A stretch of DNA of 64,000 bases from a virus. The notes beneath the pieces are model-generated. The model saw only the letters and a list, made by a program, of their open reading frames with translations, was not told the origin of the DNA and did not search any database. Position 1 is the stretch's first letter, and each line of letters starts with the position of its first letter. The stretch lies in IMG/VR virus record IMGVR_UViG_3300044732_000704, positions 29,435 to 93,434 of that record; one strand, 5' to 3'. Shown in pieces: positions 17,659-27,023 of the stretch. A program made the position numbers and the translations under genes.

Positions 17659-17895
17659 TTAATCCTTCCCTCCAAGTTCTAAGATACGTTTATTGTAATA
17701 ATAACTATCTTCCACTAACCACGTATTCCCATTATAATCTGTGTAATCGTAATCATCAAATCGCTCTCCTTTGAACTTCTCATATACTACTTCACCATAA
17801 GGACAATACGATGGTGCCGATTGTTGAATTCCTACATGAATCTCTGTGTCTTCTGGAAATTGTTCTAACCATTGTTGAAAGTCTTTTCTATTCAT
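17659..17895 (-). CDS. Hypothetical protein
   Basis: 78 aa ORF. Confidence 0.6.
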   Translation of the reverse strand: MNRKDFQQWLEQFPEDTEIHVGIQQSAPSYCPYGEVVYEKFKGERFDDYDYTDYNGNTWLVEDSYYYNKRILELGGKD

Positions 17896-18092
17896 TTATT
17901 CACCCTCCGACTTTCAGACCAACAATCCCACAATCTTTGTGTAAGGCTGTTCAAGTAGAACCCTTCTTCATCTGTGGATAAATCATAGTTCCACTTCTTA
18001 GCAAATTCCTCAAATTGCTTATTACTCTCAAAATGTTGCTGTGCTGAAGATAAGTCAATATTTACAGTATGTATTTCAGATAGATCGCTCAT
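17892..18092 (-). CDS. Hypothetical protein
   Basis: 66 aa ORF with GAGGAG RBS. Confidence 0.6.
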   Translation of the reverse strand: MSDLSEIHTVNIDLSSAQQHFESNKQFEEFAKKWNYDLSTDEEGFYLNSLTQRLWDCWSESRRVNK

Positions 18093-18112
18093 TTACTCTC
18101 CTCAAATTATTA

Positions 18113-18349
18113 CTATTTCTTTTTCCGAAGTGTTTTAGAGAATAATCCCCTCATACTGAGTTCATCCAAAACAGCCCATATTACGAAAAGAATATTAAAT
18201 ATAGGTATTACAGCAAGTATTACAGTACCTACCACCTCACCAACCGTCACGGCACCTCTCCGGTAGAAATCAATACCACATATTACGAGTGTAAGTAAAG
18301 CAGGTAGAACATATAAAATAAATAATTCCATATCATTACTCCACATCAA
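18113..18349 (-). CDS. Small membrane protein
   Basis: Two TM segments. Confidence 0.6.
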   Translation of the reverse strand: MMWSNDMELFILYVLPALLTLVICGIDFYRRGAVTVGEVVGTVILAVIPIFNILFVIWAVLDELSMRGLFSKTLRKKK

Positions 18350-18536
18350 TAATCTTTAAGATTTTATCATAACCTTCTTGGTCTGTAATTAGCCAGCAGT
18401 TTCCATCCAAGATAACTTTATAATTACCGTCACCATATTCTGTAATGCTTGAAATTGTAGATACTCTAAGCAGTGCTAATGGAGACATTTCTTCCCCAAA
18501 CTTCTCAATAGATTTAACTTTTACAAACATAATCAA
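18336..18536 (-). CDS. Hypothetical protein
   Basis: 66 aa ORF. Confidence 0.55.
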   Translation of the reverse strand: MIMFVKVKSIEKFGEEMSPLALLRVSTISSITEYGDGNYKVILDGNCWLITDQEGYDKILKIIDVE

Positions 18537-18748
18537 TTCTCCTCTTGTTCAAATACTGGAATTAAGAATACCCCACCTTCACCTAATCTGTCAATGTCTT
18601 TCTGTGCAGCTTATTGTGTTTCGTAGCAGGGTGTATAACACTTGTCAGGAGAAGCATAGCACACCCACTCATCGACTTCCTCATCAAGAAAGATGTCATA
18701 ATAATCATCTGGACTATGTTTCTGTTTGACATGCCACATATCTACTCC

Positions 18749-19171
18749 CTAGTTTATCTTATGACCATTCTTACGCCAATAGTCAAGAACATTAGATTGT
18801 TGTTGTGTCAACAATAACTCACTACCGGATTTACTCAGCTGGTAAATGTTTCTTAACGTGTACCATTTCTCTGTATAACCAATATAGAACACTTCACTTG
18901 GTGGACGATCATCGTTGTATGGATAAAACCAAGGGTAGCAAGGCTGAAGCCATTCAGAGATTTCATCTTTCAGAACACCTGTGACATCCACATATTCCTC
19001 TTTACGTATCCACAATAGCCACCAAACCCTCACCTGCTTGTATGTCTGGATAGTTTTCCAAATAGACGCACAGGTGGTTAGTTCTTTTGTCTTTTCTAAG
19101 AACTCTTTAATGCGTTGCTTTTCCAGATCAGACATCACAACTTTTACAGCTCCAGCAAAACAATCACTCAT
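18749..19171 (-). CDS. Hypothetical protein
   Basis: 140 aa ORF. Confidence 0.65.
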   Translation of the reverse strand: MSDCFAGAVKVVMSDLEKQRIKEFLEKTKELTTCASIWKTIQTYKQVRVWWLLWIRKEEYVDVTGVLKDEISEWLQPCYPWFYPYNDDRPPSEVFYIGYTEKWYTLRNIYQLSKSGSELLLTQQQSNVLDYWRKNGHKIN

Positions 19172-19374
19172 TAGTTAGTCTCCTTCTCAATATCATTAGA
19201 CCAAGCAATAAGCTCGTCAGTGTTGTAAGCGTATTCGTTTGGTGCTTTCTCATCTGTTTTGATGATGTACAACAACGTACCAAATCCCGAATTCATCACT
19301 TTCAGAACATAACCGTTAGAAAGGAAAGGTTTATCTTTCCATTTCACTCTATCCCTTACTTTGAATCTAGTCAT
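19171..19374 (-). CDS. Hypothetical protein (SH3/KOW-like)
   Basis: FKVRDRVKW N-terminus. Confidence 0.55.
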   Translation of the reverse strand: MTRFKVRDRVKWKDKPFLSNGYVLKVMNSGFGTLLYIIKTDEKAPNEYAYNTDELIAWSNDIEKETN

Positions 19375-19594
19375 AATAATCTCCGTCGAATTCTATATGA
19401 TAACCTTCATGCTCAAGGAATTGCATTAACACATCTTTTAGTGATGTATTTTCGCAACCAAAACAGTAAGCATGTGCCTCATTACCGATCACAACGTCCT
19501 TGTAAAATAACTGGTAGGATTCTTCCCAAGTACCACCACAAGTTTCACAATCATGTTCGTCTGTTGTATATTTGATAACTATTTTCTTGGTCAT
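19367..19594 (-). CDS. Hypothetical protein with CxxC
   Basis: HDCETCG motif. Confidence 0.6.
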   Translation of the reverse strand: MTKKIVIKYTTDEHDCETCGGTWEESYQLFYKDVVIGNEAHAYCFGCENTSLKDVLMQFLEHEGYHIEFDGDYYD

Positions 19595-20496
19595 TTCACT
19601 TCTCCTAATTTCTTCATCAGAGCATTAATAGCATTCTTTGTGTATTGTTTGTTATCCTGTGCTTTACGCATAACATCCAACCCTTCCACTTTCTTCAGGA
19701 TAGCTTGTAAATCAGCAAAGATTTCAGCAGCAACAAACTTACCAATCACTGTCATGTTAAACTTAGCAGCAAGATACTCATGTAGCTCGCTACGAATATC
19801 GTCTTCGTATTTCTGTGCATCTTGTAACGATGGAAAATACTTGAAACTGTTTTCTGATTGTTTTTCCCATTTGCTTCCACTACCAATAACATATTGGTCT
19901 TTAATCTTAGCGTATTTATAACCGCTATGAGTACCGTTGACGAATGGTAACTCAGCTTCAGCAGCGAACTTCTTCAACGTATCACCAATTACTTCTGATA
20001 CACTCAGTTTAAAGAAACTATTATCACTTGTAGAGAAACGACCTTTGCCGTATGACACAGCAGTTTCTACAAATGGATTACCTGTGTCTTTCAATTCGCC
20101 GACGATTGTATATTCTACTGGAGTAAGAATAGCTTCTTCTTCCAGATATACTTTCTCACCCTCGCCAAGTTCTAATAGACGTTCCCGATGTGCAAATTCT
20201 TCTTTCAGAGAAGGATACACTATCTTTTCTTCATCAACATCATAATACTGATTGTGAATTGCATTCACTTCTTGTGCAGAAAGCTCTGTACCATCTTTCA
20301 GGATTGTTTTAACCCATGTGCGTTTAGGTGCTGTGTATGTGTATAAGGTTTCATCTTTATTGATTGTGATTTGTGTACCATTTAATTGACGATTACCAAC
20401 CATGTAACCACCCCAACGATGAGGTAGTTGAATGATTATTGTATCACCAGCTTGTACCGCTTCAAAATCTTTTAAGTTATCAATTTTAAATGTCAT
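19591..20496 (-). CDS. Hypothetical protein
   Basis: 301 aa ORF with phage-like codon usage. Confidence 0.75.
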   Translation of the reverse strand: MTFKIDNLKDFEAVQAGDTIIIQLPHRWGGYMVGNRQLNGTQITINKDETLYTYTAPKRTWVKTILKDGTELSAQEVNAIHNQYYDVDEEKIVYPSLKEEFAHRERLLELGEGEKVYLEEEAILTPVEYTIVGELKDTGNPFVETAVSYGKGRFSTSDNSFFKLSVSEVIGDTLKKFAAEAELPFVNGTHSGYKYAKIKDQYVIGSGSKWEKQSENSFKYFPSLQDAQKYEDDIRSELHEYLAAKFNMTVIGKFVAAEIFADLQAILKKVEGLDVMRKAQDNKQYTKNAINALMKKLGEVK

Positions 20497-21017
20497 TGTT
20501 TCTCTCCATTAATTACACGTTTCACTGAATTGTATTCGTTGACACAGGTTGTGTTGCTAAGTCTGAGCGAGTCAGCTTCTCTCGATAAATCTTGAGCTGC
20601 TCGGAGACTCCATCGGAGCAACTCTTGCTGCACAATAAGATTGGTTTCTTTGGTTGCGCTCTGTCTGTCAACTCCGGCACTACCATCTTCTCCACCTTCG
20701 GGCATTGGATCGAGCTGTTTGACGAGCAGCTCGTATTCATTAGACAGCTCAGTAAAAGCAACGTCAAGCTTAGCTTGTTCTTGTTTGTGATATTGTTCAT
20801 TTTTTGTTTTCTCCTCAACCAGTTGTTGTTGTTTATCAAGTTCTCTTTTCTGTTCTTCAATTGTTGATTTTAAGGCATCTACACGAGCTTCTGACCACTT
20901 CAATTCCCAAGCAGTGTTCACATGCAAGGATGTTCGCTGATATGTCGCTACGTTCGTTAGAACGAGCAATAGCACAATAGCGATAGCCTTCCAATATTTT
21001 TGCAATAGTAATAACAT
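20493..21017 (-). CDS. Inner-membrane spanin (Rz-like)
   Basis: N-terminal TM, coiled coil, C-terminal ADSLRLSNTTCVNEY; contains a nested lipoprotein ORF. Confidence 0.8.
   Translation of the reverse strand: MLLLLQKYWKAIAIVLLLVLTNVATYQRTSLHVNTAWELKWSEARVDALKSTIEEQKRELDKQQQLVEEKTKNEQYHKQEQAKLDVAFTELSNEYELLVKQLDPMPEGGEDGSAGVDRQSATKETNLIVQQELLRWSLRAAQDLSREADSLRLSNTTCVNEYNSVKRVINGEKQ
20522..20800 (-). CDS. Outer-membrane spanin (Rz1-like lipoprotein) nested in Rz
   Basis: MNNITNKNKLSLTLLLLSCLMNTSC signal/lipobox followed by a Pro-containing segment, in an alternative frame inside the i-spanin. Confidence 0.7.
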   Translation of the reverse strand: MNNITNKNKLSLTLLLLSCLMNTSCSSNSSIQCPKVEKMVVPELTDRAQPKKPILLCSKSCSDGVSEQLKIYREKLTRSDLATQPVSTNTIQ

Positions 21018-21265
21018 TTCTTTCTCCCAAATAATTAAGCCGTAAAGACATATTAATCTTTACGGCTATTGTTGTCAAGCGTTATCTTTCTTAAATTCTT
21101 CCCATTGAGCTTTTGTGCTGTAAAACTTAATCACTTGATACAAAGCTTTCTTCACTTTATCATCCTCTACAGGACAACGATACATCTCAATTAAATCATT
21201 ACGAACAATTGATTCCACTTGGTCTGGGTCTAACTTTAAAAATACGTTCATTTGTTTCTCCTTTG

Positions 21266-22129
21266 TTATTTAATGATTCGTTCTTTTGCAATTTTGAAAT
21301 AACCTTCATCCATCTCGATACCTATAAACTTCCGGTTTAGATTTACACAAGCCACACCTGTTGTACCGCTACCCATGAACATATCCAAAATTGTTTGATG
21401 CTCAGAAGACACAAGTTTTATTAAAACCTCCATTAATTCTACAGGCTTTTGTGTTTCATGCTCTTTTTCTTGTACTGAAGAAGATATACTTAATTTGTTT
21501 GACTGTAAAACACTACAATCAAATACACCAAGATTATCTTTGATAAAACAATCAGTAACTGTTGTTCCAACAGGGTACGGTTTGAATAACCAAACTATAG
21601 GTTCACACACCGGAGCTAGATTACCTAAACGGATGTTATCACTCACTTCGCAGATGCCTCTTTTATTTAAGACACAGTTTATTTTCTGTGCCCTAAAAGG
21701 AGCTTTCTGTTTATCCCAAGTGATGTAATCTTTAAAGATAAACCCAACATTTTCAGCAGCACAAGTAAACCTGTGCTGTAATTGCCTACCACACATGACC
21801 ATCACAGGACTACAAGGCTTAGTTACTCTGTAAACCTCTGTCAACCATTTAGTGCAAAAATCTTCAAACTCCTTACCACGCTGTTTATCAGCAGAAGACC
21901 AACCATTAAGCGGTTTACCTCTGGACTTAAACAACTTAGATTCTTTTTGAGCAGGAGAACTTCCAAGTAGTGCTGAATTTGTGTTGTTATGGGTAACGTC
22001 CCAGTGTGAAAAATCAATACCGTAGGGTACGTCTGAGATAACCACATCAACGGAACTATCTGGAATTGCTTTCATTCGTTCCAGACAATCGCCTTGCATA
22101 AGCCACAAATTGTCTGTTTTAAAATCCAT
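21266..22129 (-). CDS. Orphan beta-class DNA adenine methyltransferase, M.HindIII-like (predicted AAGCTT)
   Basis: SDVPYGID..WD..H.NTNSALLG.S.AQ...LFKSRGKPLNGWS.ADK and KAPFRAQ closely match M.HindIII as recalled; FMGSGTTG SAM motif. Confidence 0.85.
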   Translation of the reverse strand: MDFKTDNLWLMQGDCLERMKAIPDSSVDVVISDVPYGIDFSHWDVTHNNTNSALLGSSPAQKESKLFKSRGKPLNGWSSADKQRGKEFEDFCTKWLTEVYRVTKPCSPVMVMCGRQLQHRFTCAAENVGFIFKDYITWDKQKAPFRAQKINCVLNKRGICEVSDNIRLGNLAPVCEPIVWLFKPYPVGTTVTDCFIKDNLGVFDCSVLQSNKLSISSSVQEKEHETQKPVELMEVLIKLVSSEHQTILDMFMGSGTTGVACVNLNRKFIGIEMDEGYFKIAKERIIK

Positions 22130-22132
22130 TAT

Positions 22133-22345
22133 TCATTTTCTCCTGTGTTGTCGTTTAATAAATCTAACTAATCTTCCTGTCAGTATTAAGACATTAATCC
22201 ACCACGTTACAATATTAACCAGTAAGTATCGCCAATATGCTTTTGGATTGTCGGCATCTTCTGAATATTCAAAGTCTAGTACACTAACAAATGCAGCACA
22301 ACTAAAATAAAAGATTAGGATACTTATGTTAGAACTCAAGAGCAT
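22133..22345 (-). CDS. Small membrane protein
   Basis: Two hydrophobic segments. Confidence 0.5.
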   Translation of the reverse strand: MLLSSNISILIFYFSCAAFVSVLDFEYSEDADNPKAYWRYLLVNIVTWWINVLILTGRLVRFIKRQHRRK

Positions 22346-22529
22346 TGTAGTACCCTGTCTCTAATCTGTGTTCAGCTAGAATTATAATGTCGTCTTCACT
22401 CATATGCGGATTCTCTTGTCGAATTAAACTCTCAGCCCACTCCTGTAAGAATATGGCATCCCAAGCTAACTGACCAACTACGTCTGTTGTTAACCAATCA
22501 TCGTATACATCAATATTAAAACTACCCAT
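22329..22529 (-). CDS. Small acidic hypothetical protein
   Basis: MGSFNIDVYDDW after AAGGAG RBS. Confidence 0.55.
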   Translation of the reverse strand: MGSFNIDVYDDWLTTDVVGQLAWDAIFLQEWAESLIRQENPHMSEDDIIILAEHRLETGYYNALEF

Positions 22530-22659
22530 TACTACTCCTTCTCTAAACTTAATAAAGCTAATGCTGCACCAAGTGCTGCCCACCCTGAGTTATGCTCAAA
22601 ACAAAACCATGTGAGACCTAAGCATACCACAGCGCAACATACATTGTAAACACTATTTT

Positions 22660-22971
22660 TCATAATTTCTCTCCATACCAAACGTTATTCCTAATCAATG
22701 TCTCAGCATCCCTGACAATAAACATTGGATACTGATTCGACTTCACATCAAACAAACTACCAGCAGACATCCTATCGTCTGTTATTAAGTGCGATAATAG
22801 CTTATGCTTAATATTCTTGTCAATAACTAATTTGCATAGCTTGTCAAATACTTCATCGGATAAGAATGATTCCGACCTTATATAATACCCATAACTGGAT
22901 AATACTATAAAATAAATCACACTGGAAGCAGATTCTTTGTATGATTTACGTGCTTGATTGTCGAGGTTCAT
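22660..22971 (-). CDS. Stand-alone protein resembling the NAD-dependent DNA ligase N-terminal (Ia) domain
   Basis: YY..SES.LSDEVFDKLC, similar to the YY..D.P.ISD.EYD motif. Confidence 0.55.
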   Translation of the reverse strand: MNLDNQARKSYKESASSVIYFIVLSSYGYYIRSESFLSDEVFDKLCKLVIDKNIKHKLLSHLITDDRMSAGSLFDVKSNQYPMFIVRDAETLIRNNVWYGEKL

Positions 22972-22973
22972 AA

Positions 22974-23420
22974 TTATTCTTTCACAAGGTCAGCAGCATC
23001 ACTCAGTAAATCTAACTGGCGACTATACTTCTGAATACGTTTATAATCCACATCCACAGCAGACTGTGAAAGATTAGCCAATGTGTCACAATACTTCACT
23101 TTCAGTGCAATCTCATTGGACTTTACTTTCTCGATATACTCTTTGTAGGTTTGATTGAACTGTGGGTATTTTGTCAGTGTATCCACAGCACCTAATACAT
23201 CACCACCAAACAACTCAAGTAGTATAGCAGGGTCACAATTAGTATCTTCTAGAATATCATGCAGATATGCCACACATACAATTGTTTCATCGTCACCATA
23301 GTACATTCTACAATTATCTACTACATCGTTCAAGTGAACAGTGTATGGATTGTTCCCGTATTTCTGATCTTTGTGATAATGAAAAGCTAATGCTTTTGCT
23401 AAATTTACTAATGTACTCAT
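22974..23420 (-). CDS. HD-domain (p)ppGpp hydrolase-like protein (SpoT/Mesh1 small alarmone hydrolase)
   Basis: H..QKY...PY..H, AYLHDILEDT, VKYCDTLANL. Confidence 0.85.
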   Translation of the reverse strand: MSTLVNLAKALAFHYHKDQKYGNNPYTVHLNDVVDNCRMYYGDDETIVCVAYLHDILEDTNCDPAILLELFGGDVLGAVDTLTKYPQFNQTYKEYIEKVKSNEIALKVKYCDTLANLSQSAVDVDYKRIQKYSRQLDLLSDAADLVKE

Positions 23421-23421
23421 A

Positions 23422-23925
23422 TCAAAACCCCTCTCTCAAATAAAACGGATCAGTAATTACAGGAACATCGCCACGAAACATGATATTAGTAAAACGTAGA
23501 TCCCATTCTAAGTCTTGTTTCAAATACTTCTCGTAATAATATTCCAAATAATCTAAAGTTGTGTCAAAACTTTTAGAATAAACACCTTTCCAAAGTTCGT
23601 TGTTATACGTTTGCCAACCTTGACTTTCTGCATAAAACTGAACCTCGCTGTGAACATCATCCCCAAAAGATAGTCGTTCCATCAATACATAATGACAGTC
23701 GTTTATTACGACAACATCATACACTGTTGGAAAATGTTCTGAGTTACTAGATAACACATATTCTAAGAATTTTAAATAGGCTTCGTCTTCAGTTTCTTTT
23801 ATTACCAAGTCTTCATCCAGTAAGTACACTGTGGAAAATGACCCACGAAATTTAGTGTTGTGTCCACGAGATTCTAACCAATCAGCTAAGCCGTCTTCAT
23901 CTTTAAATATATCAAAAATCTTCAC
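23422..23925 (-). CDS. Ser/Thr protein kinase-like protein (T7 gp0.7-like fold)
   Basis: GSFSTVY glycine loop, VIK, LMERL, WDLRFTNIM catalytic loop, ITDP. Confidence 0.75.
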   Translation of the reverse strand: MKIFDIFKDEDGLADWLESRGHNTKFRGSFSTVYLLDEDLVIKETEDEAYLKFLEYVLSSNSEHFPTVYDVVVINDCHYVLMERLSFGDDVHSEVQFYAESQGWQTYNNELWKGVYSKSFDTTLDYLEYYYEKYLKQDLEWDLRFTNIMFRGDVPVITDPFYLREGF

Positions 23926-23940
23926 ATTACACCTCCCGAA

Positions 23941-24180
23941 TTATTCATCTGGGTTCCAAACCCATAAGGTAGTAGTTTTATTTCCTTTAAACTCTGTCCA
24001 ACCTAAAGGAATATCACCAACCCTACCTGCTGCTCTCGCTTGAGACTTAGACCTAAACAGCTTTAATTCAACTACTAAATCTGTGATGTTATTGGCTTCA
24101 CTAAAAATAACATCTTCGTCACCGAACAAACAACGTAAATCTCTTTTTGTCCACTTAGAGTTCTTTATTACAACGTTCAT
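23941..24180 (-). CDS. S4-like RNA-binding protein (TyrRS C-terminal-like)
   Basis: DLVVELKLFRSKSQARAAG motif. Confidence 0.55.
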   Translation of the reverse strand: MNVVIKNSKWTKRDLRCLFGDEDVIFSEANNITDLVVELKLFRSKSQARAAGRVGDIPLGWTEFKGNKTTTLWVWNPDE

Positions 24181-24383
24181 ACACACCTCAACCCATACAT
24201 ACCATCATAATTGTCCTTGATATATTTCTCAGCAGCTTCCCGCTTCTGTACTTTGATGAAAACGAAATCTCCATTAGCATCTCTAAACATCCACTTACTC
24301 GGAAAACAAAATTCGGGGCTATGATATTGCTCTAACGTCACAACAACAGTCTCAATCACTTTCTCTTTCTTTTGCTTAGTCAT
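24177..24383 (-). CDS. Hypothetical protein
   Basis: 68 aa ORF with AAGGAG RBS. Confidence 0.6.
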   Translation of the reverse strand: MTKQKKEKVIETVVVTLEQYHSPEFCFPSKWMFRDANGDFVFIKVQKREAAEKYIKDNYDGMYGLRCV

Positions 24384-24414
24384 TCATTACGCTCCTTCCT
24401 GATAAGATGAAACA

Positions 24415-24485
24415 AGTGTACAGGTGATTCTGTTTGGTGTCAACATAAATTTCCTATTTACAAATTATTAATGTTCGTGTATACT
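24415..24485. promoter_or_regulatory. Back-to-back sigma70 promoters
   Basis: Minus strand TTGACA-N17-TACACT (24443-24415); plus strand TTTACA-N17-TATACT (24457-24485). Confidence 0.65.
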
Positions 24486-24517
24486 GATGGAAGGGATGTA
24501 CCCTGTCAAGGAATAAA

Positions 24518-25066
24518 ATGAAAGTAATAGAATATTTCCATGAACTCGTTTCTCTTGGAAAGAAACAAATCAAGCGTAGCTTAGACAACTTGTTTTCTCA
24601 AGGTGACTGGCAGTTCTTACAACTAAACAATTACACTTCTGCTTCTCCTTTAGTGGTGAATCAGGGTAGTACAACAAAGTTGCAATTCCAACCTGCTGAT
24701 ATATTCTTTCAGGCAGGAAGGGATTTGTCTCTGAACTATAACTTCGTGTCTCAGAAGTTTCAACCACAAACATTAAATGATGTGTTCTTAGTGGAAGTGC
24801 GTATGAAGATGAAGTGTTCATCTCAAAACGGATATGGAGACTTGTTGTTAGAGTCTCCTTCGTTCCTGTATAATCCTATACAAGCTCGCACAGTAACTTC
24901 ACCGAAACTAGCTAACACTGAGCAATTCATTTCCATTGCTGCTCCAGTGTTTATTGGCCCTGATGTGTTAACGAATGGACTTGAAGTTAAGTTTGCTGCT
25001 GGAACCGGTAATTTTAGTTTGTATGACGTGAGTTATATGATTACAAGATTAGCTTCTGGATTGTAA
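24518..25066 (+). CDS. Hypothetical beta-rich protein, lone plus-strand gene
   Basis: 182 aa ORF with its own promoter, RBS and terminator. Confidence 0.75.
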   Translation: MKVIEYFHELVSLGKKQIKRSLDNLFSQGDWQFLQLNNYTSASPLVVNQGSTTKLQFQPADIFFQAGRDLSLNYNFVSQKFQPQTLNDVFLVEVRMKMKCSSQNGYGDLLLESPSFLYNPIQARTVTSPKLANTEQFISIAAPVFIGPDVLTNGLEVKFAAGTGNFSLYDVSYMITRLASGL

Positions 25067-25076
25067 ATTGCACATA

Positions 25077-25105
25077 AAACAAAGCCCGCATTTAGCGGGC
25101 TTTTT
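25077..25105. terminator. Bidirectional rho-independent terminator
   Basis: AAAGCCCGC-ATTTA-GCGGGCTTTTT between convergent genes. Confidence 0.85.
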
Positions 25106-25267
25106 CATTTGTATCATATGTTCCTTTATACACTTCTTGCATACACTCCTCAATCTCTTTAGGAGACAGAAAGCTACATAAGATGACATACAATGCGTTA
25201 CGTTCTGCTAATAGATCAGGAACGCGCATAGGCGGTCTATCGTCGATGTCTGTGTAGTGGTATGACA

Positions 25268-25552
25268 TTATTTATTCCTCTCACTAATTAAATCTGCAAC
25301 ATATACCCCACCTAATGCACCAACACTTGCACCAATAGCTAAGATGAAGATGGGCCATGTAGACGATGTAACAATAGCTGTTCCCACAGCAGTAGAATAT
25401 ACTGTCAGTTCAAGAACAGCAATTAGATAACTGATAAATGGAATTGCTTTGTAATTGCGTAATGCGATTGTTCTGGATTGCATCGTTTTCAGAGAGGTAG
25501 AGACTGCGAACGCTGCCGTTGTAGCAATTAAACTAAAACTCAAGATGCTCAT
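25268..25552 (-). CDS. Small multi-pass membrane protein
   Basis: Three hydrophobic helices, GASVGALGG. Confidence 0.6.
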   Translation of the reverse strand: MSILSFSLIATTAAFAVSTSLKTMQSRTIALRNYKAIPFISYLIAVLELTVYSTAVGTAIVTSSTWPIFILAIGASVGALGGVYVADLISERNK

Positions 25553-26159
25553 CTCCTGTAATTATAAACCTTTTTCGTAAGGCATCCGCCACCCTAGGGT
25601 CAGTCACCTTTTCCGCCAACAGTTGACTATATTCGTGTTTTCTAACTTTCCAAGCAAGATGCGCTTCGAGAGCTGTGTCAAACGCCCCTATAAATTTTTT
25701 AGATTGATTGTCATCTAGCAGTTTAGGGCGTCTACATACAGCGTTAAATCTTCCATTTCTTTTATCATACTCTACCCCTGTGTGTTTTCCGTTTCTTTTG
25801 TAGGAAAACCAAAGATTAATACTCTGATCCACAAAACAACACGTCTCTGGTGAGTATATCTTATTGTTCATCACTAAAATATCCTTGTCTAGTTGAAGTC
25901 TCTCCCAATCTTTTTCTACTTGGATATCTAAAACCCATTTTTTAAAATTAGAGAAAATCAACCACTCATCACATACAGTGGTTCCGACATAGGTCGGCTG
26001 TCTATCCTGATAATATTTTCCATAACTTCTACTGAGCATGTCTTTCCACTTTGAATACACTGGGCAAACCCACACTACATGTCTCTTACCTTCAATATAT
26101 TCATGTTTATAATTTTGACCAACATCGTTTACCCCTACCCCACATACAGTCTTAGTCAT
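25533..26159 (-). CDS. HNH homing endonuclease with AP2-like C-terminus
   Basis: GVGVND, WKDMLSR, VCDEWLIFSNF, QLDKDIL..NKIYSPETCCF, FIGAFDTALEAH. Confidence 0.85.
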   Translation of the reverse strand: MTKTVCGVGVNDVGQNYKHEYIEGKRHVVWVCPVYSKWKDMLSRSYGKYYQDRQPTYVGTTVCDEWLIFSNFKKWVLDIQVEKDWERLQLDKDILVMNNKIYSPETCCFVDQSINLWFSYKRNGKHTGVEYDKRNGRFNAVCRRPKLLDDNQSKKFIGAFDTALEAHLAWKVRKHEYSQLLAEKVTDPRVADALRKRFIITGDEHLEF

Positions 26160-26743
26160 ACCACCCCTCCACTTGTTCCACTGATTCCTACCACATCATC
26201 CACAATATTTCCCACTTTATTCAAGAACTGTTCCAATGTTCCATTGTTATTCACCAAGAATGTGTGATATAATGGTGATGTCGGTAAATAGTTTCGACTA
26301 TCACCGGCAAAAGTATAACCTTCACGTTCAATACGGATAACACAAACGTAATGTCCAGCTTCCAGTAGTGGAACAATCTCTGATTCAAAACCACTGTCGG
26401 AGATCACCACTAAGTCAGATGTAATTGACTGAGCTAATTGCTTACCGAAGAAGTCTTTACCTAATAATGGCTTTACAATATTCTCAGAGCAATGGATCAG
26501 CCATTGTCGAGGACTAGCTTGTTCACCCCCTACTGAGAAATAGTGAGATGGTGTTTCCTTGGTTGGTCGGAATGTAGCTAACTGCTTCATTTGAAACTCG
26601 GTAATCCCTGCCACCATAGCAGCCACTTTGTACAAGCCATCTTTGAATCGAAGATGTTGTGCATCATACTTCTCAGCAATATAGTCAGCAGCAGTATCCT
26701 TCCCACTAAAAGCGGGAGAATTCATTACGATAATTTTAGCCAT
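26156..26743 (-). CDS. Deoxynucleoside monophosphate kinase
   Basis: P-loop SGKDTAA, FKDGLY, SPRQWL, VISDSGFESE. Confidence 0.85.
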   Translation of the reverse strand: MAKIIVMNSPAFSGKDTAADYIAEKYDAQHLRFKDGLYKVAAMVAGITEFQMKQLATFRPTKETPSHYFSVGGEQASPRQWLIHCSENIVKPLLGKDFFGKQLAQSITSDLVVISDSGFESEIVPLLEAGHYVCVIRIEREGYTFAGDSRNYLPTSPLYHTFLVNNNGTLEQFLNKVGNIVDDVVGISGTSGGVV

Positions 26744-27023
26744 TTTGTTTCTCCTCTCTGATCATACTATTTAAAGCTTCATTTAAATCACCATCAATAA
26801 ACCCAGCCATATTCGTAACTCCGTACCACTCTCTACCACGTAGCTTCGGGATACTTGACCAGTGATTATTAATATAGACATATTTCACTTGCTTTGTTAA
26901 ATCTACCATAGCTTCTGCGACAGTTTTGTATGGCAGATTCTCCTTAGAAAGTGTAAACTGTAATGTGTCTACGAACAACCTCCATTCGGTACGGTTGTTA
27001 CACAAAACTGCAATATTTCTCAC
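26736..27023 (-). CDS. Hypothetical protein
   Basis: 95 aa ORF with GTG start overlapping the HNH stop. Confidence 0.6.
   Translation of the reverse strand: MRNIAVLCNNRTEWRLFVDTLQFTLSKENLPYKTVAEAMVDLTKQVKYVYINNHWSSIPKLRGREWYGVTNMAGFIDGDLNEALNSMIREEKQNG

Noticed and set aside
21266-22129. Complete HindIII-like restriction-modification system
   Set aside because: Neighbouring genes are tiny ORFs with no restriction endonuclease features; the MTase appears orphan within this window
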